Shown here: positions 1-11,410 of the stretch, in pieces
How the letters are laid out: each line of letters starts with the position of its first letter
How positions within the stretch are numbered: the stretch's first letter is position 1
NCBI RefSeq assembly: GCF_006345805.1
Contig: NC_043013.1
Span: 29,636,001-29,700,000, forward strand
Length of the DNA: 64,000 bases
Source: Octopus sinensis
Lineage: Eukaryota
Reading direction: 5' to 3'
Position numbers and translations under genes: made by a program
The notes under the pieces: generated by a model
Seen by the model: only the letters and a program-made list of their open reading frames with translations
What the model was told of the DNA's origin: nothing
Databases searched by the model: none

Positions 1-30
1 AACTGTTGCTGCTCATGTATTTTAATTTAA

Positions 31-61
<31 letters not shown>

Positions 62-906
62 TGAACGAACTACTGAGTTTGGTTTAATGGCCTACCAATG
101 TATACTATGAGTTTCTTTGCCCTAGGAGTCGGGAAGACACTCGGCAAGAAATGGAAGCAAATTTGAAAGAAGAAGAAAAATAATAGTAATAATAATAATA
201 ATAATAATAATGTATAAAATATTTGATGATTAATTTCAAAAGTAAATATTTTACATGTGTCTAAATTATAGTGAAAAGTTCAAAGGCTGAACAAAAAAGA
301 GAAAAACAAACGCTTTTTTCAAAATTATATTTTGGTAGCCCATAAAGAATTGCTTCCTGTAAAAGAAAACCATTTCTAATAATAGTGTTTCTAACCCAGG
401 TGCAAGGTCAGAAATTTTGAGAAAGGGTTAAGTTAGCTTTTGAAGTTAAGGGAAAGTTGGTTAAATCAACTCAAGTATTTGATTAATACCTATAATGTTT
501 GCAAGCAAGATTTCATTTTCCCTAAGTTTGACAATTCTTTTTTTAATGGAAGACTGGAAACAACCTCAATTGTATGACGATGACACTTATTTACAACCAT
601 TCCATAATGTCTAGATAAGGATACATGCTGAAATTCATACACATGCATACACATACACACACAAACATACAGATACACACAAGGAAACAGACAGAATGGA
701 AAAACAATGGTCTTCTTTCAGTTTCCCTCAAATCCAATCATGTGGCTTTTATCAGCCCTGGGCTATAGTAACAAGGCAGTTAATTTTGGTGCTGCACATT
801 GAAATTGAACCCAAGTATACATAGTTGAGAAGCTTGCTTCTTAACCACATCACCATGCCTGTGCTTATACATGTAGCAAAAGATATTCACATCAAAATGC
901 CAAATA

Positions 907-1139
907 CAGGGTTGGCCAAAAGTCACCTGACAGTAAATCAAAACCATTTAATTCCGAGATTTATTTATGTTTAACAACTGAATGAATTTAATAAAAGCAT
1001 CTAAATATGAAACATCATGAAAATAGTTCAAACTGAAGTCCTTCTTAACCAACACATTTTTCCATTTGAGTCAATACAGAATTACAAATAGTATTTATGG
1101 AATTTTGATTTACTGTCGGGTGACTTCTGGCCAAACTTG
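907..1139. mobile_element. Tc1/mariner-type MITE (233 bp)
   Basis: About 37-bp imperfect TIRs (CAGGGTTGGCCAAAAGTCACCTGACAGTAAATCAAAA; right end reads CAAGTTTGGCCAGAAGTCACCCGACAGTAAATCAAAA on the minus strand). TA at 905-906 and 1140-1141; no ORF. Confidence 0.85.
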
Positions 1140-1179
1140 TATAGTATTAAAACATATACACATGCATACACATGTACCC

Positions 1180-1330
1180 ACCTATATACAGCAGGTTTAT
1201 TTCAGTTCCTATCTATCAAACCTATTCACAAGGCTTTGGTTTGCCTAGAAATATAGTAGAGAACCCTTGCCCAACGAGCAATGCAGTGAAACTGATCCTG
1301 AAATTATGTGGTTAGGAAGCAAGCTTCTTT
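1180..1330 (-). mobile_element. Degenerate 5' part of SINE family A (a second degenerate piece at about 700-865)
   Basis: Reverse complement resembles the head and body of intact family A copies (e.g. 37075-37528). Confidence 0.6.
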
Positions 1331-1837
1331 ATTTTATTAAATTTGCCATAAAGGCAGTACATAGAGTATGGTAGCTTGTGAGCTGGACACGGACATTAAT
1401 GAGATGATTGATAATTATACAAGGATGATAAGGATGATAAGGATGGGAGAAGACGAAAAGTGCCCGCCGACTTTTGCTTCTCTAAAACATTGTTCTTTCA
1501 AATATCATACTGAGGCAATAAACCTCTTACACAGTTGAAAAATCACATTAATGAGGCAATAAACCTCTTACATTTTTGCTACACCACACAACCAAACTTA
1601 TGTCTGTATGGTATTGATAATTTTATTTTTACATACAACTTCGCATAATAAAACATGGTATGCAATAGTTTCTTCCATTTTTTACCAATGCTTTAACTTT
1701 AAAAGCAGCTTTCTTTTTACCTTTGCATGTGAAGTATGTCATTGTATTTTAACTTTCTTTGTAAAGTAAATTTTTTGTGTGATCTCATAGTTTGAAAACC
1801 ATAGCAACCAGTGTGTAATTTGATAGTAATATGACTT

Positions 1838-2159
1838 GTGCATTTTAACCAAAACCGGGTATCTTATAGTCGTGATTCATATCGAGCCCTTCTGGGTATT
1901 AGCGTGCGTCTACAATGAGTCTACGATTTTAGAAAAAAATTTACCATCAATTTTTCCCATTTTTAATGCATTTTTGGCATATATAAGGGAAGTAACTCTC
2001 TAAAAATTTATTATTAAATCTCAGAACGTAAAAAGCTACAGTAACACCCCCCCCTTTGTGGTTAGCCATATTGAGATGGCTATTATACTTTACATCTCTA
2101 AAAATGCTTATATAGTTATTTCCCTTACAAACCCGAGCAACGCCGGGCGGTACTGCTAG
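1838..2159 (+). mobile_element. Non-autonomous Helitron, 5'-eroded copy
   Basis: Ends in hairpin CCCG-AGCAACGC-CGGG (2132-2147) then CTAG|T (2156-2160). Homologous to the reverse complement of 36566-36957. Confidence 0.75.
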
Positions 2160-3987
2160 TATTATATATAATGGTGCCATAAGTTGTCAGTGGTGCTGTT
2201 ATGTAATAGATCAAGTTAACTGCAAATTCTTCTTCAGCAACTCCTCTGTCATTTGTTTTTGTCTCTGACTTTTAGGATATCATGTTTTTATACTGAAGAT
2301 AAGAACCAGGGATATAAATATTGATAATTTGGGTTATATCATGGCTTTAAACACTTGATATGTCCTTATATCAATGGTAGGCCTGTGTGGAGCTTAAAGA
2401 GGACTACACGAGACTATTGAACATTAACGTTTGCAACTGCTATAACAACAAACCAGGACTTTTGAGTCATTATAGTTCTGAATGAGAGGTCTGTGTTTGT
2501 ATTATATTTCTGGTACTGAATTCATGTGTTCAAAACATTTAAGTCTCATTGCCTAAGGTCTTCCTAACTCTAAACAGGTACCACAAAGTGGTACAGCTCA
2601 CTGCTGTAGAAAGTGGGAATGCTGTGAAATCGAAGAGTTGCAGTGTTCACATGAATATTCCCTTAGAAGTGTTCATCTTAACATTTGAAGACTAAAATAT
2701 CTAAAGAAAAAAAAAAAAGGACAATGTTCTCCTCTAAGTGTTAATAGTTGAACAAAAAGAATAATAATATCTTCATTTATTGACTATAAAAGTGATCGAT
2801 TTGAGTGACTTAAGGGATTGAATGAGACACTGATCCATACTTGCTTAGAATTTGTGTTTGGGGGTGGATTTTGCCGGCTGAGGCAGCATCTTGCATTTGG
2901 GAATAAAACATTACCAACAGGATTGAATACACTTACAGCTTTATGTAATAATACACGTTCTCATTTACCGTGTAATAATTTATGCGCAAGAGTTGCAGTA
3001 TGTAAGTTACTTTGAGGTATCTCAGTTCATAATCAAAAGTAAAAAGGCAATATGACTTAGCAACATAAACTTTGCTGTTAAATAACATATATGAAAGAGA
3101 AAGAGAATTCTGACAAATTCTGTTAATCAGCCAATTGTCAATTCTTGTTTGTTTACCCAATCAATTTGATTCATTTTTAGTAGTAATTTGTCTGCATCTG
3201 GACAAGACAGAAATGAGACAAACTTCAAATTGTATGGAGTGTGCTTTCTCAAATCAACTTGTCAAATATGTAATTTCTGGCTTTTAAAATATTCATTACT
3301 GGAATGGTTTCTTTTTTTTCTCTCTCCTCATTGTGTTTTTTGGTTTCTTTTGTCCTTTTCATTTTGTTTTCTGTTTGTTTTGTATTTTTTTTTATCATTT
3401 TAGAATTTTGTATCTTTTTCATTTATTATTCCTTTCTTTACATCTTGCTTCATTCATTATTTTTTTTTTTTTTAGCGTCTAAATTTCCATTGTCTCTTTA
3501 TCCTCACTCAGCTCCTTGATGTCTCTGCATTGCTCTGCACGCCAAAATGATTAATATCATATCAGTCAGTAACTCTCCTCTTTATATTTGACTTCTACAG
3601 GTTGGTTATTAATCACACACAACAAACAACATTGACAGCACTCGCTTGGATAAACATCTCATTGTTCTCACAACACACTCCTGTCACTCACCGCTCTCAC
3701 ACCTACACACTAAGGAGAACAAAACTGATTGAAGATCTTGACTGAGAAAGAACGAATTCAGTGAAGAAGATTGGGGCATGGGTTCTTTCATAAATGTTGT
3801 ATTGCAGTTTTAATATCAAATTAATAACAAGGGCAGTAGATTTAGCACAATCAGTAGAGCAATGAAGAAAATGCCTTGTGGTGTTTAGTTGCATCCTTTT
3901 ACATTGTGAGTTCAAATCTCAACCTGGCTGACTTTACTTTCCATCTTTTTTGCTGTTGATAAGGTATCATTTAAGGACTGAAGTTAA

Positions 3988-4320
3988 TACAAGGGGGTAC
4001 CCAAAAGAAACCAGAATATTATGTTTACACTTTTATTGCCTTCAAAGTATTCTTCATATGAAGTAATGCATTGGTCCAGGTCCATTTTCCACTATCCAAA
4101 GCAATGCTGGAACTCTTGCAAAGCAATGCCTTTTAACACCTCTGTCATTTTGTTCTCCACCTTTTCTACATCTTCGAATTCTATAGCACCATTTTTCGTC
4201 CCCAGTGGTGACCTTTTAAAAAACAGTCCGGATCAACTTCCAACTGTTCTTTCAGTTTATGACATGCTCTGAGTCAACATCTATATTCCCCCCTGTCCTT
4301 GCAAAATCTTGTATCCCTGC
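3988..4320 (-). mobile_element. Mariner transposase remnant with one TIR
   Basis: Minus-strand frames give KVTTGDEKWCY (first catalytic D motif) and FEDVEKVENKMTEVLKGIALQEFQHCFG*WKMDLDQCITSYEEYFEG (mariner C-terminus). TA + CAAGGGGGTACCCAAAA terminus at 3988. Confidence 0.75.
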
Positions 4321-4439
4321 TGTAAGGCTTTATTTCCACACATGCCAGTTTAATTTAATTTGTCTTTAATCGAAAGACACCTGTTGTTATGTCCTGTTAT
4401 TTGTATTTGTGTAACATTCTCTGTTTTTTTTCCATCTTT

Positions 4440-4680
4440 ATTTTCATATTCATTTGCTGCTTTCTTCCAAGGAATCTAATGCTCTTAGCTTAGTTTTTCC
4501 TTGAGGCTGGCCAGACTGGAGCAATCTTGAGGTGAAATTGCAAAGATAATCTGGAACTCGACTGAGGAAAGAAAACGCCGAATGACCCATCCTTGTTTTC
4601 TGTGTATCGTGTATCTGGATATTTTGTTGTGCCTTTTTGTATCACGTAACTGTCTGGATGTCCCATTTTGTATTTTATAT
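4440..4680. repeat. Dispersed repeat family F next to (TA)n; inverted second copy at about 22380-22610
   Basis: GCTTTCTTCCAAGGA..CTAGTGCTCTTAGCTTAG..GCTGGCCAGA.TGGAGCA..TGCAAAGAT.ATCTGGAACT.GACTGAGGA is shared between the two loci. Confidence 0.65.
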
Positions 4681-4695
4681 ATATATATATATATA

Positions 4696-4740
4696 CTAGC
4701 TGAAGGTGACCCGCTCTACGCACAGGTAAGAGTGTGGTTG
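4696..4740 (-). mobile_element. Helitron 3'-terminus stub
   Basis: Minus strand ends with an imperfect ACC.G..C.GGT hairpin then CTAG, inserted in (TA)n. Confidence 0.4.
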
Positions 4741-4764
4741 TTACTTTCTTTTGCTTTCTTCCAG

Positions 4765-5072
4765 CACGTAAAAAGCACCATCCGAACGTGGCCGATTGCA
4801 GTGCCGCCTTGACTGGCTTCTGTGACAGTGACACGTAAAAAGCACCATCCGATCGTTGCCTCTGCCAGCCCCCCTGGCACCTATGCCGGCGGCACGAAAA
4901 AAGCACCCACTACACTCACAGAGCGGTTGGCGTTAGGAAGGTCATCCACCTGTAGAAACACTGCCAGATCAGACTGGAGCCTGGTGCAGCCTCCTGGCTT
5001 CCCAGACCCCGGTCAAACTGTCCAACCCGTGCTAGCACGGAAAACGGACATTAAACGATGATGATGATGATG
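4765..5072 (+). mobile_element. 3' UTR fragment of RTE-type LINE (family C)
   Basis: AAAAGCACCATCCG repeat units, GGTTGGCGTTAGGAAGG..CATCCA.CTGTAGAAAC core and (GAT)n tail, matching the 3' end of the RT-bearing copy at 54722-55921. Confidence 0.8.
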
Positions 5073-5723
5073 ATTCTCCCTCTTTGTTTCTCTCACCTTT
5101 CTCTCTCACTTTCCCACTCTCTTACTTTTCTTTTCTCTCGGACTCTCTATCTTTATCTTACTCTCTATCTTTATCTATCTTTATCTATCTTTATCTATCT
5201 CTCTCCCATTTATAAGCAACAAAAGATCTTGAGTAAGTTGAGAAATAAAATATTTAGAAAGATCAATCATAAATATCAGGCAGTGGCAACGGAAAGGTCT
5301 GCTTCAAGGCAGACAGCAAAATACTAACATTTAAAAGGGACAGACGAACTTGCGAGCTGAATAAAAATAATAAAATATTGGAAAGCAAAGTTTGAAGGGA
5401 TAGAATCTGAAGATAGTAGAGTCACCATGGTGTGGCATTTCTTAACGACAGACAGCAACGTATTGACAGTTTAACGGCTGGCGTAAAATTTTGAACTTGA
5501 TGTAAAAGAAAGTCCGTAAACACCAAGTTTTGAAGTGATTCTTTCTCACGACAGTAGACTCACCATGGCAAGCATTCAAAACCACTTCATCATGGACGGC
5601 AACACATTGAAGATTAAAAGGCTGGCGCAAATTTTTTAGCTTGATGTAACAGAGAATTCCTAAACACTCGCTCCTTTAAATTTTAATCCCCTTCCAGCCC
5701 CATTTATACCCCTTTTCACCTTT

Positions 5724-5915
5724 TGGTTAGGGCAGCGGACTCGCGGTCGCAGGATCGCGGTTTCGATTCTCAGACCGGGCGTTGTGTGTGTTTATTGAGC
5801 GAAAACACCTAAAAAGCTCTACGAGGCTCCGGCAGGGGGTGGTGATCCCTGCTGTACTCTTTCACCACAATGGCGGTGCCCCAGCATGGCCACAGCTCAA
5901 GAGCTGAAACTGGAA
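5724..5915 (+). mobile_element. tRNA-derived SINE head (family E) joined to a CR1-type tail
   Basis: TGGTTAGGGCAGCGGACTCGCGG..GGTTTCGATTC tRNA-like head, homologous to the reverse complement of 23450-23610. Ends GGCGGTGCCCCAGCATGGCCACAGCTCAAGAGCTGAAAC. Confidence 0.7.
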
Positions 5916-5929
5916 AAACAAAAAACAAA

Positions 5930-6602
5930 CAAACCCGATTTCATTCGGGCCCCAGCTCCGACAGCGATAAAGAAAATGAATTGGCACCTGAATGGAGTGA
6001 AAATTGAAAAACTGTTTCTTTCGGTGATTTTTCTGAAGAAACTGGACCAAGCCACAGACTTTCTCAGGAGAGTAAAGCCTTAGACTATTTCTTTTTACTT
6101 TTTCGAATGAGCCTATTTGAAATCATTACGGCGGAAACGAACCGTTACGCTAAATGTAAACAAAGTGAAAGAAAGGATAGTTAGTAGTTTCCCACAACCT
6201 TAAATGAAATTAAGACTATTTTGCCATAAATATTATTATGGGTATCAGAAAGTTACCCAGAATAACAAATTCTATCGTAAAATTTTATTGTACACCCAAT
6301 TGAATGTTAGCTAATAACCCATTTTCTATAGCGATGTTTGAACAAAATTTTAATAATTTTATATTTTGTTGAATTTACCTGTATCTACCTGCAATTAGAG
6401 TCACTTTGTGACAAAAATTATAGTATAGAATTGGTTGAGAACATTTCATTAAATTATCTTCCAAAAATCAGATTAATATATTGATAAATAAAAAAGTTAT
6501 AGTTGTTTAATGAAACCAGACTAACTTTATGATTATGTTAGAAATTAATTGAAACACATAAGGGGTGTATTTTGATCAGAAATATAGTAACGAAAGGGTT
6601 AA
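5930..6602 (+). mobile_element. Internally deleted piggyBac element with transposase remnant
   Basis: Frame from 5957: SDSDKENELAPEWSEN*KTVSFGDFSEETGPSHRLSQESKALDYFFLLFRMSLFEIITAETNRYA, resembling the piggyBac LDYF..F....IV.ETNRYA motif. Right terminus GTAACGAAAGGG|TTAA at 6602. Confidence 0.75.
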
Positions 6603-6649
6603 TAGGTGTGCATATTTTCAGCTGAACCGACCGACCACATAATGCACAC

Positions 6650-6701
<52 letters not shown>

Positions 6702-7059
6702 CACGCATTATATATACAAATTATATATATATATATATGTATAAATTAAATTAGAGATAAAACCACTAATAGGCAAAAAAAACAAAAACAAAAACAAAAA
6801 TAAGAATATAATATAGAAAATATATAAAATTGAAAAATTTAAATTATTTAAATTTAAAATAAAAATTATTAAATTATATTTATAATTTGTTTAAAAATAT
6901 ATATAACTATCAAAAAGTATTAAAAAGTTTAATATACATAAATACAGATATATACACTTTGTATATATACATTATATATACATATTTATATATCGAACAC
7001 ACACACATATATAAATGAACATTTGTTCTCATGATTGTGTGTTGTTGGTGGCGATGATA

Positions 7060-7398
7060 ATTCTCCCTATGAATGCAGACAGATACATCAAAGAAAGCCG
7101 TCTGACGAACTTATAAAGGGAAAGTGAAAGGGAGTTGAGGGGAATACATTAAATAACGGGAGTGGCATTGTCAAAGTTATAAATGAAGGGGAGTAAGAGA
7201 GGGAAAGGAAGAAATAGCTTGAGTGAGGAAGATGGCCCCTAGCAACCACACCTTTCAAGATAGGGATTTCTAAGGTAGCCCACGGGCATCGTCACCTCAT
7301 TCTACATGTCCCTGTAAATTTTGGAGCGAATCGGACGGGATGTAGTGGCATTGAAAGCGATCCAAGCGGTAAAAACGCATTTCAGTTTTATATATAGA
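7060..7398 (-). mobile_element. Helitron-type 5' fragment
   Basis: Minus strand begins A|TCTATATATAAAACTGAAATGCG, resembling the A|TC start of the Helitron at 36957. No 3' CTAG end found. Confidence 0.5.
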
Positions 7399-7800
7399 TA
7401 TATATATATATATGTACACATATATGTACACTTATATATACATATGCAAACAGATATACATTGCAAATGAGAGGGAATCCAGGAATTCAGGTAGTTACCT
7501 CAGTCTGTACTCCTGTAAATACTTGATAATAAAATGTCTAGAAAGGAACATTGCTTCAGTAGAAGTGTTTCACACAAACTGAAAGTCCATGAAGTTTACT
7601 TTAGCCAAAAGAATAGATGTCCTGATATCACATTTATTCTTTGGTTACTGGTGTTTCAGCAGCTTATGGTTGAAATAAATCACTTAACAAGTTGGAAAAC
7701 ATGAACAGAAGCAATGATTATATAATACTGACTATTGAACTTAAAACCCGTAGCCATTTTCTTTATGACTGAGTGGAGAAATTTATATGAGAAAAACTTG

Positions 7801-8024
7801 TATGAGGAGGTACTGAAAAGTTCCTGGCTTTAAGTATATTGCAAAAGGCTTGGTTGGAGGCCCAGCCTTCTGAGTTCTTTTACAGGACTTAGAAAAACTG
7901 AAGGACCGCTGCAATTAGTGTGTGAATCTGAGAGCGGAATATGTTGAATAAAATCATAGTTAACTGTTCCTCCTGTATTTTCTTTTACTCAAAGCTAAGA
8001 CCTTCTCAGAACTACCCCTTTATA
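7801..8024 (+). mobile_element. Mariner-derived MITE
   Basis: TA-flanked imperfect TIRs (TATGAGGAGGTACTGAAAAGTTCCTGGCTTT / AAAGCTAAGACCTTCTCAGAACTACCCCTTTATA). Internal LEKLKDRCN*CVNLRAEYVE* matches a mariner C-terminus. Confidence 0.7.
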
Positions 8025-8548
8025 CATTTAAATACTGTTTTAATTTACATTTGAATATTGTTGTGTAGAATGCTATAAATAAGCTAGGGTAGGTATTTCT
8101 AGAGTGGCGTCAAAGAAAACCTTAGTGATTAGAGAGAGGACAGAGTAAGGAAAAGAAGAATAAAAGAAATATAGAAAAGGGCGGCTTAGATGAATCAAGA
8201 TGTGAATATTTGTACACATAACGAGGCCGAGCAATTGTTATTAGATTTGTATAACAAAAAGTTAAACAGGTCAGAACTTAATGGAAAAAAAGCTGTGTAA
8301 AATCGTAAAATAGTATTGCACATAATTAAAGATTAATGATAAGATAAAAATTAATGGTAAAAACTTAGAAGAACATGTTATAAAAGTGTGTGTGTGTGTG
8401 TGTATATACTTATAGGTACATACACATATATGTATGTACAGCCATATATATGCATACATATATATGTGTGTATATATATACATATATATATATATATTTA
8501 TACATCTATATAAATAAATATATACATATACACACACATATATACACA

Positions 8549-8604
<56 letters not shown>

Positions 8605-8974
8605 ATATACATATATACAGTAATCAAAAAGTGAAGAAATATATAATGAATGCACTAAATTGAAATAGTGTCCAGGCATACAAGAAAATGAAAAGAAAAA
8701 AAAATGAAGTGTGAAACAAAGAATATTTAAGAGTGAGAAAATAAGGTGATATATGATGTTTTGGTGAGAAATTATATTGTTTAGGAATAATAGGGTAATG
8801 GTACTATAAGGTCATTCAGAAACAAGGAGTAGTTGCTGTAAAAATGAAATTTAATCCATATATTTACATATATGTACATGTGTGTGTGTGTGTGTGTTTG
8901 TGTAGGCATGTGTTTCTACTTGTATCTTCCTATATTATTTATATGTTGGGTAAATAGAATTTTAGAAACAAGGT

Positions 8975-9923
8975 GCAGGTATGGCTGTGGTAAGAAGCTT
9001 GCTTCCCAACCACATGGTCTCTGGGTTTAGTTCCACTGTGCGGCACCAGGGGCAAGTGTCTTATACTATAGATTCAGGCTGACCAAAGGCTTGTGAGTGG
9101 ATTTGGTTGACAGAAACTGAAAGAAGCCTGTCGTACATATATATATGTACATAGGGTGTGATGAGTAAATTGTCGCCATTTTATATTTTTAATTTTGCAC
9201 ATGTGCATTGTTTTTTTTTGATTTTAACTACACAGTACAGTAGGGTCAGTTGGGCACTGTCTGTGAGATTCACGCCAGAAGCTCCAATATGAACATTTCA
9301 GAGTGTTTGGGTGTCAATCTGGGGACATGTACTGAGAATGATAAAAATCAAACATTCAGTAAGCATTATGATGTTTGGAGTGATCACTAGTGATGGTGAC
9401 ATTATGCCTCCATTCATCTTCCCACATGGCCTCAGACTCAACACGGAGGCCTACATCAAGTGCCTGGAGGAGGTAGTACTGCCCTGGGTCAAGAGGGTGG
9501 CTGCTGGATGACCCTGTGTCTGGCAACAGGACTCCGCACCATGCCATTCAAGCACAAGAACCCAGTCATGTCTGTCAGGCAATTTCTGTAACCTCATCAC
9601 CCCTAACATCTGGCCACCTAACTCCCCAGATTGCAACCCCCTTGATTATTATGTGTGGGGTGCAGTTGAGCGAGAGACCGACAAAACTCTTTTTAACACC
9701 AAAGATGAACTGAAGGCAAGGATTATGGCAGCATTTACCAAATTAAACAAAGAGACCATCCAGAAGAGTTGCAGGAGATTCTGAAGTAATCTGGAGGCCA
9801 TGGTTAAAGCCTATGTCGATTTTATTGAATAAATTATTTTAGTAAATATATCTGTTAAAATGAGATGTCAGTGTTATTTTCAGTTTTGCATAATTTAGAC
9901 GACAATTTATTCACCACACCCTG

Positions 9924-9954
<31 letters not shown>

Positions 9955-10215
9955 ATCTATGTGTATATATGTGTATATGTCTATGTGTATATGTCTTTGT
10001 GTCTATGTATGTCCCCCACCCCCATCACCACTTGACAACCAGTGTTGGTGTGTTTACGTCCCTGTAACTTAGTGGTCCTGCAAAAGAGACCGATAGAATA
10101 AGTACTAGGCTTCAAAAATACAAGTCCTGTGGTCGATCTGTTTGGCTAAAACCCTTCAAGGTGGTGCTCCAGCATGGCCACAGTCAAATGACTGAAATAT
10201 GTAAAAGAATAAAAG
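8975..10215 (+). mobile_element. SINE family A split by a DNA transposon
   Basis: 5' half at 8975-9150 and 3' half at 9925-10215 flank the 9152-9923 insertion at the central (TA)n. Confidence 0.85.
9152..9923 (+). mobile_element. Internally deleted DD37D (maT-type) Tc1/mariner transposon
   Basis: About 25-bp TIRs (AGGGTGTG.TGA.TAAATTGTC) and right TA TSD. One frame reads MMFGVITSDGDIMPPFIFPHGLRLNTEAYIKCLEEVVLPWVKRVAAG*PCVWQQDSAPCH..WPPNSPDCNPLDYYVWGAVE..F*SNLEAMVKAYVDFIE*, with 37 residues between the second and third catalytic D and two in-frame TGA stops. Confidence 0.9.
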
Positions 10216-10411
10216 AATAAGCTGATACCTGTGGCTGATTAACAACTCATTATGTTTATTAATTAGACCTAATTTGCCAACATAGAATGTAAAATTACAG
10301 CCACTCCTATCTGCTTTATATGAAAATGCAGTCTGTAAAATAAGCCCTTCATCTTAACAAATTAATTTTGTTAATGCTATGCTGTATAATTTTCCCCTAT
10401 AATTAAGGGAA

Positions 10412-10680
10412 TTAACCATTTTGTTTCTATATTTCTAACCAAAGGACACCCTTGTGTGTTTCAATTAAACTGTCAAATAATCATGAAACAACTAACTTTT
10501 TTTATTTAACTACATATTAACGTGATTTTAGGAGCACAATTTAACAAAAAATTCTTAATCAAATTTATTGCATAATTTTTGTCTCAAAGTGAATCTAATT
10601 ACAGGTAAATACAGGTAAACATGGGTAAATTCAACAAAATATAAAATTATTTAAAGTTTGTTTAAAAATCATAATAGAAG
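10412..10680 (-). mobile_element. Degenerate terminal part of the piggyBac family at 5930-6602
   Basis: Reverse complement aligns by eye to 6340-6602. Confidence 0.6.
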
Positions 10681-11027
10681 ATGAGTCATTAGCTGATATT
10701 CAATTGGAAATGCTACAAAATTTTAATATAGAAGAATTGTTCAAATTACTGGATTATCTATGAATTAAAATTAATGCACAGAAGACAAGTGGACCATAAA
10801 GGTAAAACAACAAAATACCAGAATTTATCTTCGAAGAAAACTCGGAAATGAAATGCACATCCAATCAACTAAATGAAATAAACTCGCATGCATACATGAA
10901 TAGCCAGAAATACATATAAGGATTTGTAATAAAAATGAATTAACATTTGTCACACACCTTACAGATAAATAAAAAAAATAAGAATGAGGTAGATTTGAAA
11001 ACATATTTATAAATCAAATGTTATGTG

Positions 11028-11065
<38 letters not shown>

Positions 11066-11260
11066 CATATATATATATATATATATACCAGAGCAAGCAC
11101 ATAAATGCGAAGCATGGTGGAAAAAATAGTACTCTGTTACTTAGAGTTTCATGTTCTCATTCATCAGATAGTTTTGTTTAGAAAAACAAAGCTGTCTGAT
11201 GAACGGGAATGTGAACCTGAGTAACAGTTTTTGTGATATTTTTGCTGCTTTTTAATAAAG

Positions 11261-11294
<34 letters not shown>

Positions 11295-11410
11295 AAAAGC
11301 AATTAAGATTCAAGTCAATTCTAATGAATTTACTTGAATGCGGTACTTAACTTAGATGCACCAGAAAACTATATGGTGTTAACCATACAGTAATGTGGGG
11401 TGATTATAAA

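Noticed and set aside
61-183. Short frame ending SREDTRQEMEANLKEEEK* after a possible CCCTAG acceptor
   Set aside because: No recognisable homology and no partner exon; compatible with chance.
3188-3800. ORFs and splice-like signals in unique sequence
   Set aside because: Low-complexity T-rich translations; candidate exons have stops or no consistent frame.
5724-5790. tRNA-like sequences at SINE heads
   Set aside because: They continue into SINE bodies and lack a complete cloverleaf; no true tRNA gene is called.
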